Shown in pieces: positions 1-11,809 of a stretch of 64,000 nucleotides of DNA. How positions within the stretch are numbered: position 1 is the first letter of the stretch; each line of letters opens with the position of its first letter. The notes beneath the pieces were generated by a model that did not search any database, was not told the origin of the DNA, and saw only the letters and a program-made list of their open reading frames with translations. The stretch is from positions 19,723 through 83,722 of IMG/VR virus record IMGVR_UViG_3300032307_000705; one strand, given 5' to 3'. This DNA comes from a virus. The position numbers and the translations under genes were made by a program.

Positions 1-346
1 ATACTGTGTTAGAATACTTCGATAGGGCATCTTTGATGACTAGTGGTCGTTGAATTAAAATCTTATAAATTGTTGGATTTTTTCTATCAATATAGAAATT
101 ATTATTATTTTTAAGATAAAGTTCATTCGATAAATCATTAATTTGTAAGTCCCATCTTATTGTTTTGGTATTTGAGACTTCAACTTGTTTGTCTGAGTTT
201 ATGAGATAGACTATAACAGGTAATTCACTGAATTCTCTAATAGATTTTACGCATTCGGTAAGAATATCAAAATAGTTTTCAGTTGAACACAAAACGAATG
301 ATTTATCGAATTTTGTTATATTTTCATTGGTGTTTGAATTATTCAT
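1..346 (-). CDS. Partial ORF running off the window, possible glycosyltransferase-like protein
   Basis: Manual translation MNNSNTNENITKFDKSFVLCSTENYFDILTECVKSIREFSELPVIVY... open to position 1; directly downstream of the GT9 gene. Confidence 0.55.
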   Translation of the reverse strand, partial: MNNSNTNENITKFDKSFVLCSTENYFDILTECVKSIREFSELPVIVYLINSDKQVEVSNTKTIRWDLQINDLSNELYLKNNNNFYIDRKNPTIYKILIQRPLVIKDALSKYSNTV

Positions 347-349
347 GGA

Positions 350-1297
350 TTAACTAAATTTTATAATTTCATTTACTTTATTGAATACTTGTGAAACGCT
401 CGGGTGACAAACAAATTCTTTTTTATTCTCCAAACAATTAACGATTGGAGGAACTCCACGGATGGAACCCCATTCTCTCACACCGTATCTCATATCAGAT
501 GCACACGCAATTTTACAATCACCATCAACATAGTGGTGTTTATATTCTTGTTTCCCATTTCGGAATGGAGCCCGTAATTTCCAATTAATTGAACTTCCAA
601 GTTGAATAATTTCAGAGTCAGTTGTGCCCGCAAGATGTAGAAGACCCGAATCCATAGTAACGAACGCCATACTTTTTTGTATTAACCACCAAGTTTGTGA
701 TATAGTAGTTTGATTCATTAAGTTAAGACCTAATTTAATCGGGAAATCAAAAACAGGTTTTTGAACCATATGCCATCCAACCTCACTTGAAGATTTACCA
801 ACAGAAACTACGGCAATTCCGTTATCATTTAACATGTTTGTCAATAATTTCCATTTTTCATAGTCCCAAGTTCTTGAGTCCCAACTTTGTACTGGATGGA
901 TTAAGATAAATTTATCAGGTAGATTTTCGATTGGTTCCCATTCATCTGGAGTATATTCTACAGTGCATTCTTCAGGTAATAATTGAAACCCTAAACCTGA
1001 TGCGTGAAACTGCCGAATGTCCATTACGTTATGACGTAACCCTAATTTATATTCATTTTCTAAATTAGGGGCAAAACTGACTAAAAGTTCGAATTCTTCT
1101 TGTAACCCTTCCCGTGAAATTTCTGTTGAATTGAAAATTCTGTCAACGTATTTGTTATTCTTGAAGATATTAGGGTGTTCTGTTAATACGGATATTTTTT
1201 TACCGTATGCAAAAAATAATTTACGTAGAGATGGGGTTGAACAAATGGTGTCTCCAAGTCCTCTACATAGATGTAAATCTAATAATGGTTCTTTCAT
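350..1297 (-). CDS. Glycosyltransferase family 9 (heptosyltransferase-like)
   Basis: RGLGDTI N-terminal motif and FVTMDSGLLHLA motif; ATG at 1297 lies just after a TATATTTG box (1304-1311, minus). Confidence 0.8.
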   Translation of the reverse strand: MKEPLLDLHLCRGLGDTICSTPSLRKLFFAYGKKISVLTEHPNIFKNNKYVDRIFNSTEISREGLQEEFELLVSFAPNLENEYKLGLRHNVMDIRQFHASGLGFQLLPEECTVEYTPDEWEPIENLPDKFILIHPVQSWDSRTWDYEKWKLLTNMLNDNGIAVVSVGKSSSEVGWHMVQKPVFDFPIKLGLNLMNQTTISQTWWLIQKSMAFVTMDSGLLHLAGTTDSEIIQLGSSINWKLRAPFRNGKQEYKHHYVDGDCKIACASDMRYGVREWGSIRGVPPIVNCLENKKEFVCHPSVSQVFNKVNEIIKFS

Positions 1298-1350
1298 ATT
1301 GAACAAATATATGAAAGGTGTGTAGAAAAATCTATTGACTTGGGATTAAA

Positions 1351-1521
1351 TTATCGTTTCTTTTTTTCTTCAGACTGATATAATCTGAGGAGTTTGAGAG
1401 AATCTTTGTAGCGCTTTTCAAGTTTATCCAATTCTTCAACTGGAACACAAGAATCACATGCATTGTTATATTGTTCCTCGGCTTCCTGAATAATTTTTTC
1501 GATAGTCTTTATAAGTTTCAT
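1351..1521 (-). CDS. 56-aa protein not in ORF track, with IxE-type leader
   Basis: MKLIKTIEKIIQEAEEQYNNACDSCVPVEELDKLEKRYKDSLKLLRLYQSEEKKKR; TATTTATA box at 1527-1534 (minus). Confidence 0.65.
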   Translation of the reverse strand: MKLIKTIEKIIQEAEEQYNNACDSCVPVEELDKLEKRYKDSLKLLRLYQSEEKKKR

Positions 1522-1632
1522 ACACATATAAATATTATTGGGATACTACTTTATTTAGTTTTCAACAAAACTATATTATTCAATGTGTAAAAACCTGTAA
1601 TCTGGTTATTTATATTATAAGAAAAAAATTTT

Positions 1633-4600
1633 ATGTCGAGTTGTGGTACAATCTTAAATAGTGGATACACAGGGTTTGATTCAATAACCCAAGTTTATGA
1701 CTTGGATTTTACGGGGTTAGCTAATGGGTCGTCTATTGATATTACAGTTGGTTCTGTTGAAAGACCTGATTATTTTACAGTTCGAATCGATGGAACTCCT
1801 GTTGAAAATTCTGGATGGATAGGATTCGCAACCTACGCCGGACCTTGGGGAGCAACCTTGAATGGACCAACTTCATACTTTTTTTCAACAATTACTTACG
1901 ATAATACAAAGTCATATTCAGTTGATATACTCATCGGACCTGCAGATCCAGGTGCTCCAACCTCTGATGCCTATGATATCGAAGTTGATTGTGGACCAGC
2001 GCCGACACCAAATCCAACACCTGACTCGACTCCTCCTGTAACACCATCAAATACGCCTACTAATCAAACACCAACACAAACTCCTACAAATACCGAAACT
2101 CCAAGTCCCACCCCAACATTAACTCCTACTTCAACTCTTCCCCTTGGACAATGTTGGAGATTACAGTCAGCTCCATTTGGAGGATGTACATTTGTATATG
2201 TAAATCAATTTGGAGGTACAACAACCCTCAACATACCACCAGAAGATGTGGGATTGTGTTTTACAGAGTGTGTTGTATCTGTAATAAGTGATGATTGCGG
2301 ATTCTTAAATGAACTAATTCCTTGTAATGATCCACAATGCGATTGTAGTGCAATTACGCCTACTCCCACCGCTACTCCAACTGAAACTCCTACCGAAACT
2401 CCAACACAAACTCCGACTACTACTACGACTGCAACAAGTGGAACAAGTCCAACCCCTACCGAAACTCCTACCGAAACTCCTACCGAAACTCCAACACAGA
2501 CTCAAACTCAGACTGCAACCAATACGAATACTCCAACAGAAACACCAACCCAAACACCTACAGAAACACCAACACAGACAGCGACTAATACTGCAACTCC
2601 AACTGAGACACCTACGCAAACTCCAACTGAGACACCTACACAAACTCAAACTGCGACTAATACTGCTACTCCAACTGAAACACCAACCCAAACCGCAACT
2701 GCAACTGAAACACCAACATCTACCCCAACAGAAACTCCTACACAGACTCAAACGCAAACCCCAACTCAGACCGCGACTAATACCGCTACTCCAACTGAGA
2801 CTCCTACACAGACCGCGACTCAAACCCAAACCCCAACTCAGACCGCGACAAACACTTCTACTCCAACTCAAACTCCAACTCAAACTTCGACCCAAACACA
2901 AACACCTACACCAACAAATAGTATAGTTGTACAATTCCAAGATTGTACAAATGGTTCAAATATTTTCAGATTTGGTGGGCCAAGTATTCCAACAGTAATC
3001 GGAAATGTATATTATATTACAGGGAGCACTGAGTTTGAGGGTTGTGCCACAATCGTGAGTGGATTCACTGCAGGGCCATTATACGATTCTGTAGGAGTCA
3101 CCTTTACACAAGTACCAACATGTGCTGACTCATTTTGTCCAAGAACTGCCGTCACAGCGGCTTTACTAACAAAGTGCTCAAATGGTGAAGTGTTATACGC
3201 TAACGTAAATGAAGACACTGCATTTGTTGGAGCTGCCTATCTTTACAATGGTGAATGTTATAGTTTTGTGGAATTTTCTGGACCAGGTGGTCCTGATTTT
3301 GGTGATCCTGACTTCGAGGATTGTTTATTATGTGTTCCAACGCCAACTCCAACTAATACTCCACAACCAACACCAACTAATACTCCAACTATTTCACCGT
3401 CCCCTTCGGCATGTGCATTTACAGATTTTTGTTTTTACACGACTTTACCGTCTTTTTCAGGTTACAATGGAAATTACGAGGTTGCTGGAAATTATAATTC
3501 AAGATTGTACTATACAGGAGATGGAATAACTTCTGCGGTCATTTATTACACAGGAAATTATTGGTGTTTAAGCACATCTTTGGGCGGATCTTGTCTGTTG
3601 AGAGGTTCTTACCCTTGTAATTCTCAATGTCCTGATATATCTGCTAACGATTTTAGTGGAGGTATTTGTCCAACACCAACACCGACAGGAGTTGATTGTT
3701 CTACGTTCGATTTCAATGCGTACTTCGATTGCGCTTATACTCCGCCAGTAACTCCAACTCCAAGTATTGCTTGTGATGATGTTAATTTTACAATCAGTTC
3801 ATTTGGAGTAACTCCAACACCATCCCCCACAGGTAACTTCTGTGTTGGTGTTGGGATTGATTTTAGTTTGAGTGGATATACTTCAACCACTCCGTCTGTA
3901 ACCTTAACTCCTTCGGTAACATTAACGAGAACTGTATCTATTGGAGGCAGTGTATCTTTCGAGTTAATGGATCAAACCTTCAGTTGTGTATCTGTAAAAG
4001 TATTAACTGATTGTAACACAGGTGAGGAATTCTATACTAATGATTCATTATCATTTGCAGGAACACCTGTATTGATTGGTATGACAATGTTCGTTCAAGT
4101 TAATGGAGTAAATCGTTGTGTTGTATATACAAGAGATGATAATAACTTGTCATCTAACAGTAATCTTGGAAGTATTGTACAAATTTACTCTTCTTGTGAA
4201 TTCTGCAGTGTAATACCTACACCAACTCCAACGGTAACATCAACACCAACAAATACTCCAACATCAACTGCGGGTATTACACCAAGTGTAACCGCGACTC
4301 AAACGGCAACACCATCTCAAACAGCTACAAATGGTACTACACCTCCACCGACACCAACTCAAACTAGAACTCCAACGGCTACAAACACACCTACACCATC
4401 TATAACCGCATCCCCATCGGCTACTCCTAATTTCCTATATGTTTATCAATCTTGTAATCGTATTGGTGGAGGAAGAGGGACGATAACTCAAGTTATTCAA
4501 ACTCAACCAGTATCTTTCCCAATTGTTGTAAACGAAACATTCAAAGATAACGATGCTAACTGTTGGTATTTTGTTGGTCAGTTTAATACATCTTATATTC

Positions 4601-4938
4601 CATCACCAAAAGTTACACCAATAAACTTTGGAGGTAATTATTTCACAGGTGTTCCAAGTCAAACTTATTCTAATTGTGAGACATGCGCAACAGGAAACAT
4701 CGGGGCTTTCGGAAATAGTGGAGTAAGTGATGTAAGTGTTACGGACGCTTGTTCTGATGCTATTATCAATCCGAAAACATTATATTCAAATTGTCAGACG
4801 ATTAGTGTTGGGTGTACATTATACACAGATTCAACATTACAGAATGTGGTTAGTGAAATATATGTATTCCACCAAGGGGCGAATTGGGACTTAAATGGTT
4901 CGGGAGTTGTAACTGGATTATCATCAACACAATGTTAA
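1633..4938 (+). CDS. Large Pro/Thr-rich (mucin-like), Cys-rich putative virion surface/fibre protein
   Basis: Long TPTETPTQT tracts separating Cys-paired domains; no signal peptide; TATTTATA at 1607-1614. Confidence 0.7.
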   Translation: MSSCGTILNSGYTGFDSITQVYDLDFTGLANGSSIDITVGSVERPDYFTVRIDGTPVENSGWIGFATYAGPWGATLNGPTSYFFSTITYDNTKSYSVDILIGPADPGAPTSDAYDIEVDCGPAPTPNPTPDSTPPVTPSNTPTNQTPTQTPTNTETPSPTPTLTPTSTLPLGQCWRLQSAPFGGCTFVYVNQFGGTTTLNIPPEDVGLCFTECVVSVISDDCGFLNELIPCNDPQCDCSAITPTPTATPTETPTETPTQTPTTTTTATSGTSPTPTETPTETPTETPTQTQTQTATNTNTPTETPTQTPTETPTQTATNTATPTETPTQTPTETPTQTQTATNTATPTETPTQTATATETPTSTPTETPTQTQTQTPTQTATNTATPTETPTQTATQTQTPTQTATNTSTPTQTPTQTSTQTQTPTPTNSIVVQFQDCTNGSNIFRFGGPSIPTVIGNVYYITGSTEFEGCATIVSGFTAGPLYDSVGVTFTQVPTCADSFCPRTAVTAALLTKCSNGEVLYANVNEDTAFVGAAYLYNGECYSFVEFSGPGGPDFGDPDFEDCLLCVPTPTPTNTPQPTPTNTPTISPSPSACAFTDFCFYTTLPSFSGYNGNYEVAGNYNSRLYYTGDGITSAVIYYTGNYWCLSTSLGGSCLLRGSYPCNSQCPDISANDFSGGICPTPTPTGVDCSTFDFNAYFDCAYTPPVTPTPSIACDDVNFTISSFGVTPTPSPTGNFCVGVGIDFSLSGYTSTTPSVTLTPSVTLTRTVSIGGSVSFELMDQTFSCVSVKVLTDCNTGEEFYTNDSLSFAGTPVLIGMTMFVQVNGVNRCVVYTRDDNNLSSNSNLGSIVQIYSSCEFCSVIPTPTPTVTSTPTNTPTSTAGITPSVTATQTATPSQTATNGTTPPPTPTQTRTPTATNTPTPSITASPSATPNFLYVYQSCNRIGGGRGTITQVIQTQPVSFPIVVNETFKDNDANCWYFVGQFNTSYIPSPKVTPINFGGNYFTGVPSQTYSNCETCATGNIGAFGNSGVSDVSVTDACSDAIINPKTLYSNCQTISVGCTLYTDSTLQNVVSEIYVFHQGANWDLNGSGVVTGLSSTQC
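2355..2915 (+). repeat. Degenerate tandem coding repeat ([16 protein letters not shown] units)
   Basis: Recurrent actcctaccgaa/actccaactgag/gcgactaatac units. Confidence 0.85.
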
Positions 4939-4950
4939 AAAAAATATAAT

Positions 4951-6375
4951 ATGGCTGTACAAGTAACTATAAACGATATTTCAGGGCAAACTCCGTATGA
5001 CATTTATGTTTGTCAGGTAGATGGGTCAGGTTGTTTTTATATATCAACAATAACGGATTCATCATTTCCATATGTTTTTGATATACCGGCCCCTAATGAT
5101 ACATCTGCGAATTATATGATAAAGGCAATTGACGCAAACAATTGTGTAATATCGGGAACAAGTTCGGTTAATTTCTTTGTAACTCCAACTCCAACTCCAA
5201 GTTCAACACCTTGGAACTATTGCTTTAGTTTTAACGGGGGGTTCAATAATCAACCTGAAGACGCTGTCGAAGATAGTAGTGGTCGAATTATATTCGTAGG
5301 GGGTTTTACAACGTATAGTGGATTACCGTTCAATAGGATAGTTAGAATAAATGGAGATGCGACCGTAGATAATACATTCAATATAGGTACTGGATTCAAC
5401 GACGTGGTAACTGAAGTTAAGATACAACCTGATGGAAAAATACTTATTGGGGGTATTTTTACTTCTTATAATGGAACCCCCGCAAATAAAATTATTAGAT
5501 TGAATAGTGATGGGACTGTGGATGGTACATTTAATAGTGGTACGGGATTCGATCAAATTATTTATGCAATTAGTATTCAATCAGATGGTAAAATTTTGGT
5601 TGGAGGATTTTTCTCACAATATAACGGAGTTCCTTACAATCGTCTGATTAGGTTAAATAGTGATGGAAGTGTAGATAACTCATTTACAATCGGCACTGGG
5701 TTCAACAATACTATATTTGACATTAAACAACAGGTTGATGGTAAAAAGTTAATCTTTGGTGGATTTACAATATTTAATGGGGTAGCACACAATAGTCTGG
5801 TTAGATTGAATAATGATGGTTCGATAGATAATACTTTCAATACTGGAGTTGAATTTAATGGGGCGACTTATTCTGGATTAATTGACAATGGAAAAATAGT
5901 AGCAGTTGGAGATTTTTTTGAATATAGTGGACAAACAAATCGAAACATTGTGAGACTTAATCAAGACGGATCGATTGATAATACATTTAATTCTGGAAAC
6001 GGATTTACACGGACATCTGGATTATCTTATGCTTTGAGTATATCGAACTATCTTGGTAAATATTTCATCACAGGAGATTTTAATACATATAACGGAGGTT
6101 CATCAAATGGACTAATAATGCTGAACAATGATGGTAGTATTGACCCTACATTCAATGTGGGTACTGGATTAATTTTTGGATCTTCTACGGATAACCGTGG
6201 GTTTATACTATCTAATGGGATTCATGTTGTATATGGGACATTTATAGGATATAATGGGTATGAGGCTAATGATATTGCATTCTTAAACCCATTTGGAACA
6301 TTATTAAATTGTTTGTTACCCACCCCTACTCCAACGGCAACACCAACATATACTCCAACACCAAGTTCAACTTAA
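4951..6375 (+). CDS. Delta-60 repeat (beta-propeller) protein, putative receptor-binding/virion protein
   Basis: Repeats of QxDGKILxGGxFxxYNG..xRLNxDGSxDxTFxxGTGF. Confidence 0.8.
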   Translation: MAVQVTINDISGQTPYDIYVCQVDGSGCFYISTITDSSFPYVFDIPAPNDTSANYMIKAIDANNCVISGTSSVNFFVTPTPTPSSTPWNYCFSFNGGFNNQPEDAVEDSSGRIIFVGGFTTYSGLPFNRIVRINGDATVDNTFNIGTGFNDVVTEVKIQPDGKILIGGIFTSYNGTPANKIIRLNSDGTVDGTFNSGTGFDQIIYAISIQSDGKILVGGFFSQYNGVPYNRLIRLNSDGSVDNSFTIGTGFNNTIFDIKQQVDGKKLIFGGFTIFNGVAHNSLVRLNNDGSIDNTFNTGVEFNGATYSGLIDNGKIVAVGDFFEYSGQTNRNIVRLNQDGSIDNTFNSGNGFTRTSGLSYALSISNYLGKYFITGDFNTYNGGSSNGLIMLNNDGSIDPTFNVGTGLIFGSSTDNRGFILSNGIHVVYGTFIGYNGYEANDIAFLNPFGTLLNCLLPTPTPTATPTYTPTPSST

Positions 6376-6387
6376 CATTTTATAGAT

Positions 6388-7035
6388 ATGAGTCAACAAG
6401 TAACAATAACTTCAGTAACCGCAAACACTCCAGTAGATGTATACTACTGTAATGCATTTAGTGCAAGTTGTGTGTCTGTTGGAACAGTATCGACTTTTCC
6501 GTTTACTTTCTCTGTTCCACCACCATATGACCAAACAAATATTGTTATCAAAATAGAAGATAATAATGGTTGTATTGATGGTGAAATAATCTACATCACC
6601 CCAACGCCAACATCTACTGTTACTCCTACAGTTACGAAGACACCAACAAACACTCCTACCCCAACTCAGACTCGAACTAATACTCCGACAGTAAGTCCTA
6701 CCCAAACAAGTACTCCAACAACAACTCCCACATTCACACCAACACCATCTGTGACACCTGCGTTCTCACTTCATTTGATTGGACAAAATACCTTTTCAAC
6801 TTCAGCAAACACCTGTAGTGATGCACTTACACTTGTAAATTATTACACGTATATTAACCAGGCGAATATTATCCCTGTGGTTGGAGTAAAGATATATCAA
6901 ACTGCTTTTGGTGGAACATTATTCAACCCATACAATGGTAATAATCGATTTACTAAATTTACCTTTGGAGGAAACAATTATGCTGTTCAGGTAGATGGAG
7001 ATGGGACAATAACAAGTTTTGTTGCATGTTCATAA
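6388..7035 (+). CDS. Pro/Thr-linker putative virion protein
   Basis: Two Cys-containing domains joined by a PT tract; N-domain resembles that of 4951..6375. Confidence 0.65.
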   Translation: MSQQVTITSVTANTPVDVYYCNAFSASCVSVGTVSTFPFTFSVPPPYDQTNIVIKIEDNNGCIDGEIIYITPTPTSTVTPTVTKTPTNTPTPTQTRTNTPTVSPTQTSTPTTTPTFTPTPSVTPAFSLHLIGQNTFSTSANTCSDALTLVNYYTYINQANIIPVVGVKIYQTAFGGTLFNPYNGNNRFTKFTFGGNNYAVQVDGDGTITSFVACS

Positions 7036-7098
7036 ACTTCACAAATATATACAAAATATTGTGAGTTCTTATAATTATAGGATATAATAAATTAATAG

Positions 7099-9594
7099 AT
7101 GTCGGCTTGTACCTGTTATTACATTGAAGTCCCTTATGATTTAGCCACCAGTGGAGGCCAGGATTTATACGTTGTGTATACTGACTGTGATGGGCAAGCG
7201 GATAGTGCAGTTGCATTGAACTTACCTACCATTAATCTTGGAAGTTCATTTGCATTTTATATTTGTTCATCTATATTAGATACTCCAACATTCAAATATG
7301 GTTTCTTTGGAGATACAGTATTAATTGAAGGAATTACCGTGACTGACACGGAAACCGTTTGTACTAGTAATTCAAGTTGTTATCCGGTAGTTTCACCCGA
7401 ACCATCAGCAACACCAACACAAACTCCAACAAATACTCAAACTCAAACTGCGACTATAACGCCAACCCGAACACCAAGACCGACTCCTACTATTACATCT
7501 TCACCAACTGCGACACCAACTCAAACAAGGACTCCGAATCCAACTCCATCTTCTACCCCAATTTTATGTGGACAAGCGTTCACTTCAGTAAACCCTGGTA
7601 GTACGTATTTTTACACGGATTGTTGTGGCAATTTCCAACAAGGAAATCAGAGTGGATTATCCATTACAATGGATTATACCAAGCCATCAAATGGTGTTGT
7701 AAAATTGAACATAACTGCTTCAGTTAGTTGCCCAACTCCAACACCAACACAGACTCCAACCACAACACCTACAAATACTACTACTCCGACTATTACTCCT
7801 ACAAGTTCATCAACTCCATCAGTTACAAGAACTCCAACACAAACACCGACTAATAGTCAAGTTTTCTCATTAAAAAATAACTGTGATGTGTTTACCCTTT
7901 TCGATATGGGAGTGACTTGTTTTCCCATATCCATGCCAAGTTCTTCAAGTTCTTTGGATGGTATTTTATCTTTGAAAATTACTGGAGGTACAAGTCCTTA
8001 TTCTATTTATTGGGAAGGAGGACAGAGAACACAAACTTTGGTTGGTATACCTCAAGGAAATTATCAAGTAACTGTTGTCGATTATTATGGGGATTATACC
8101 GCAAATACTGTTTGTAGTTTGTTTCCTCCAACTGCAACTATTACTCCGAGTCCAACTGCAACACCAACAGTTACTCCATCAGGAGTTTGCCCTCAATTGT
8201 GTTTAATAGCTTTAAGTACTTCAACCGCTTATGGTCCATTACAATTTAATTGCAATGGAATGAGAAATGGACGAACTACTTGGACAACTGTAGATGGACA
8301 ATATAATATTGTTTGGAACTCCACATTAACGAGATGGGAAGTAACCGGATCTAATCCGACAATACCATTCAACCCTGTAGGTGGAGGTATATTCATTAGC
8401 ACATCTTCATCTTCAGTTCCGACTTCAGGTTGGGTCATTGCTGGTGGAGTTAATACATATAGTGTAACTATGACTCAAGGTGTTTGTCCTTCGGTGATAC
8501 CAATGCAAGTGGCCTTGTCTGTAAATAATAACTCATGTGATAGTGTTGTGAATTGTGATGGTGATATAACGGTCAATGCTCAATATGGTTATCCTCCATA
8601 TCTATTCTCTATTAATGGAGGATCTACTTATCAGTCGACAAATGTTTTTGAAGATTTGTGTGCTGGAACATATACAATAACAGTAAGAGATTCTGCTGGT
8701 AATACTGAAATAGAAAGTATTACAGTTGGATTCACTCAACAACCTGTAACTTATCAATTGTCCTTGAGTGCTAATACGTTAGCAACTCAAACCATTACTT
8801 TGAGTAATTACAATTCTAATACAACATATTATCAAGTTGTAAGCACTCCACCATTACCACCTGGAGTTACCATACCATTCAATTTGACACTATCATCCAT
8901 AAAAACTTATAACGGACCTGGTACTGGATTAATTACTGATACGTTCTCCATCACTGAGAATGGAGTGACTAAAACTCCAACAACAACTCAGACAGTAGTT
9001 CAGACTGGTAGCAGACCAAATTGTAGTCCTGAAACATTTACTGCGGTTACTGAGGCGGACACCTACCAATTACAGATTGGACTAAACTCTCCTGTCTTAA
9101 TAACCAGTACTTCTGTATTGTCTATTACAAGTGGACAAACTAACACTCAAAGCAACTGTATAACTAATCTTCAACAACAAATTAGTGCTCAGTTCACTCA
9201 AGCAAGTATTAATGGATGTAGATGTTGTACGGTGATTTCTGATACAACTTCGAATACAATTAATAGTAACAGTGTGAACTTCAGTTCGACAGGTAATATT
9301 CCATCCAAACCATTGGTTGCAACATCTAATGTACTTTGTGGATTTGGAGGAATTAATTCTGTGTTCATCACAGGTATCGCTGGAGGATCTGGTCAGTACG
9401 ACATGACAGATACATATTACACAACTTGTAATGATGCGTTGAACGGGATATTCAACTCGATACAAGGAAATACAACAGATTATCTTTACGTACCAAATGG
9501 AACGGTTTATTTTGGTTTGAGAGATACGAATAATCCAACCAACGTTACTTGTATAACTGTTGTAGTAAATTGCGACTTCGGACCGATATCATAA
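7099..9594 (+). CDS. Pro/Thr-rich protein with SprB-like repeats, putative virion adhesin
   Basis: GGTSPYSIYW..GNYQVTVVD and GYPPYLFSING..LCAGTYTITVRD repeats; PT tracts. Confidence 0.7.
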   Translation: MSACTCYYIEVPYDLATSGGQDLYVVYTDCDGQADSAVALNLPTINLGSSFAFYICSSILDTPTFKYGFFGDTVLIEGITVTDTETVCTSNSSCYPVVSPEPSATPTQTPTNTQTQTATITPTRTPRPTPTITSSPTATPTQTRTPNPTPSSTPILCGQAFTSVNPGSTYFYTDCCGNFQQGNQSGLSITMDYTKPSNGVVKLNITASVSCPTPTPTQTPTTTPTNTTTPTITPTSSSTPSVTRTPTQTPTNSQVFSLKNNCDVFTLFDMGVTCFPISMPSSSSSLDGILSLKITGGTSPYSIYWEGGQRTQTLVGIPQGNYQVTVVDYYGDYTANTVCSLFPPTATITPSPTATPTVTPSGVCPQLCLIALSTSTAYGPLQFNCNGMRNGRTTWTTVDGQYNIVWNSTLTRWEVTGSNPTIPFNPVGGGIFISTSSSSVPTSGWVIAGGVNTYSVTMTQGVCPSVIPMQVALSVNNNSCDSVVNCDGDITVNAQYGYPPYLFSINGGSTYQSTNVFEDLCAGTYTITVRDSAGNTEIESITVGFTQQPVTYQLSLSANTLATQTITLSNYNSNTTYYQVVSTPPLPPGVTIPFNLTLSSIKTYNGPGTGLITDTFSITENGVTKTPTTTQTVVQTGSRPNCSPETFTAVTEADTYQLQIGLNSPVLITSTSVLSITSGQTNTQSNCITNLQQQISAQFTQASINGCRCCTVISDTTSNTINSNSVNFSSTGNIPSKPLVATSNVLCGFGGINSVFITGIAGGSGQYDMTDTYYTTCNDALNGIFNSIQGNTTDYLYVPNGTVYFGLRDTNNPTNVTCITVVVNCDFGPIS

Positions 9595-9620
9595 AAAAAC
9601 AGAACAACTATTTATAGACA

Positions 9621-11807
9621 ATGGCTTATATTATTAAAAATACTGCAGGACTTATTAACACCCGACTTACAGACGTTGGACGTAGAAACCTTTCTCAAGG
9701 TAACTTCAATATTTCCTATTTCCAAATTGGAGATAGTGAGGTGAGTTATACTGCAGTACCGAACTATAATCAGACCAATAATAATATTTTGATGCCGGCG
9801 TTTAACGCACAAAATGATACAGGTTCACCGCAGTCGAACAAACAAAATATAAAATATCCATACTATGTACAAGGTTCGACAGGTAACACTTATGGAATAC
9901 CTTTTATGGATAGTAACTTCCAACAGGTCTATAATTCTGCGGGAGTAAAAGGATTTTTCACAACTGGAGTCACTCAAATACAGACAAGTACCGCATATAC
10001 AATGACCACAAGTTATTGGGTTGATATGTCAACGTTGTCAGGACAAACTTCCATGCAAATCGAATTTGATAATTCACCAACAAGTTGTTTGACATCAGGT
10101 ACTCCGTCTATTAATGATTTTGTTACGATTGTATATGATGGAAATGGAGGATGTGGAGATTTTACTACAAACCAAATTTTAACATATAAGATTCAGAATA
10201 TGAGTCCTGTTACAGGAACTACAGGAAGTACATTTACATTAACCTTAGATAGATCGTTACCAACGTTTGATAACTTACCAGTTCAAACGAACTTTGCAAG
10301 ACTATATGTTTATCCGTCAGGTATGACTGAATTGTATGATTTCATTACACCGGCACCTTATTGGCAAACAGATACTCTTAACTTTGAATCACCTTGTGAT
10401 GTAAGTAATCGAGAGAATACTCTTATTTGGAACATGAACATTCCTTGGACCGAGAGCCCCGCTGGATTATTCAGTAGTACATATGAAGACTATACCAAGT
10501 TTGGGTCAGTATCATACATAGGCACTAAAGAATATTTGGGATACAACGAACCATCAGGACAGACTGACACGAGTCAAGTGTTTTATTATAATTCCTTCGA
10601 TGAGAAAATTGTTGTAAGACCTCAGGACCAAAAAGCCATTGCGATTATTCATTATACTAATCAAGATATTGATAATGTCTATGGTGAGAAATTCTCAACA
10701 CAGCCATTTGACCCACAGAATCCGACAGACGATATTGGATTAGCGAGACACTTCAAATTGAACATGCCAACATTGATGTGGCATAAATCAACAGGAACTA
10801 CCATCGGACAAACTTTCTTTATTGACCCTCCAGGATATGACTTGTGCAAACCATATTACATCAAGTCAACTAAAAACATTGACATGAATGACCCTGGTAT
10901 AAGATACTATCATTTGTGGGACACCAATGCGGATAGTAATGGTAACTTGAATAGAATAGGTAAAGTATTCCCTGACCAAGAAATTATTGTGGTTGATGAT
11001 GAAGAAGTAATTGCTGCGTTATCCTATAAATCAAACAGGAACTTTACATTACCTGCACCAAAGTTGAGTTTATTAACTCCAAACATTTGTGATACGGGAA
11101 ACAATTCTAACGGACTCATGACAAATCCGGATCAGAGATTTTGGGTAAGTTATTTATTTGAATCACAAACTGGTGTTACAAGTTCGCTTCATTGTAATTA
11201 TTATTCTGTGGTACAACCAACAAGTTCGGTTACGGCAAACACTCAAAACGTTGCAGTAAGATTCGGAGGAGAATTTGGATTCTTGGGGGTTAATGAATTT
11301 ACAGGATACACCGCTACCTCCATGAAGATTATTTGTCAAATGGTGACAGGTGATACAAGACCATCACCAACTGCTTGGAGACAGATAGATGTAACCTCAG
11401 CGATGACATTATCAAATGGGTATATCACTCAAGCATCATTGACAGGAACAACATTCCAAATAGGACTTGATGATTATAACGGTGCGGCGGCATATCAGTT
11501 ACAGAATTATTTGGACATTCCATTGAATGGACAGACCGATGTTCTGAACTTTGGCGATGAGTATTATTTTTATGGGAACTTAGAAACTGATATCTCGGCA
11601 ACGATTTATGAGATGAAATATTTGGTAAACTTGAATCGAAATCAGTTTACAAATACATCTAACCCCACATGGACACAAGGGACAAAATCATATATTACTG
11701 AAATTGGCCTTTACGATCAAAATAATGATCTTATAGTTATATCTAAGCTACAATCTCCTGAATTAAGACAGGGTATTCAACAATTTGTAGTTAAGTTAGA
11801 TTTTTAA
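9621..11807 (+). CDS. Putative baseplate/tail-collar fibre structural protein
   Basis: N-terminal LTDVGRRNL..FQIGD and C-terminal ITEIGLYDQNNDLIVISKL resemble tail-collar fibre motifs; TATTTATA at 9609-9616. Confidence 0.6.
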   Translation: MAYIIKNTAGLINTRLTDVGRRNLSQGNFNISYFQIGDSEVSYTAVPNYNQTNNNILMPAFNAQNDTGSPQSNKQNIKYPYYVQGSTGNTYGIPFMDSNFQQVYNSAGVKGFFTTGVTQIQTSTAYTMTTSYWVDMSTLSGQTSMQIEFDNSPTSCLTSGTPSINDFVTIVYDGNGGCGDFTTNQILTYKIQNMSPVTGTTGSTFTLTLDRSLPTFDNLPVQTNFARLYVYPSGMTELYDFITPAPYWQTDTLNFESPCDVSNRENTLIWNMNIPWTESPAGLFSSTYEDYTKFGSVSYIGTKEYLGYNEPSGQTDTSQVFYYNSFDEKIVVRPQDQKAIAIIHYTNQDIDNVYGEKFSTQPFDPQNPTDDIGLARHFKLNMPTLMWHKSTGTTIGQTFFIDPPGYDLCKPYYIKSTKNIDMNDPGIRYYHLWDTNADSNGNLNRIGKVFPDQEIIVVDDEEVIAALSYKSNRNFTLPAPKLSLLTPNICDTGNNSNGLMTNPDQRFWVSYLFESQTGVTSSLHCNYYSVVQPTSSVTANTQNVAVRFGGEFGFLGVNEFTGYTATSMKIICQMVTGDTRPSPTAWRQIDVTSAMTLSNGYITQASLTGTTFQIGLDDYNGAAAYQLQNYLDIPLNGQTDVLNFGDEYYFYGNLETDISATIYEMKYLVNLNRNQFTNTSNPTWTQGTKSYITEIGLYDQNNDLIVISKLQSPELRQGIQQFVVKLDF

Positions 11808-11809
11808 TT

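Noticed and set aside
2314-2940. ORFs 2314..2940(-) and 2327..2926(+)
   Set aside because: Shadow frames of the stop-poor Pro/Thr repeat
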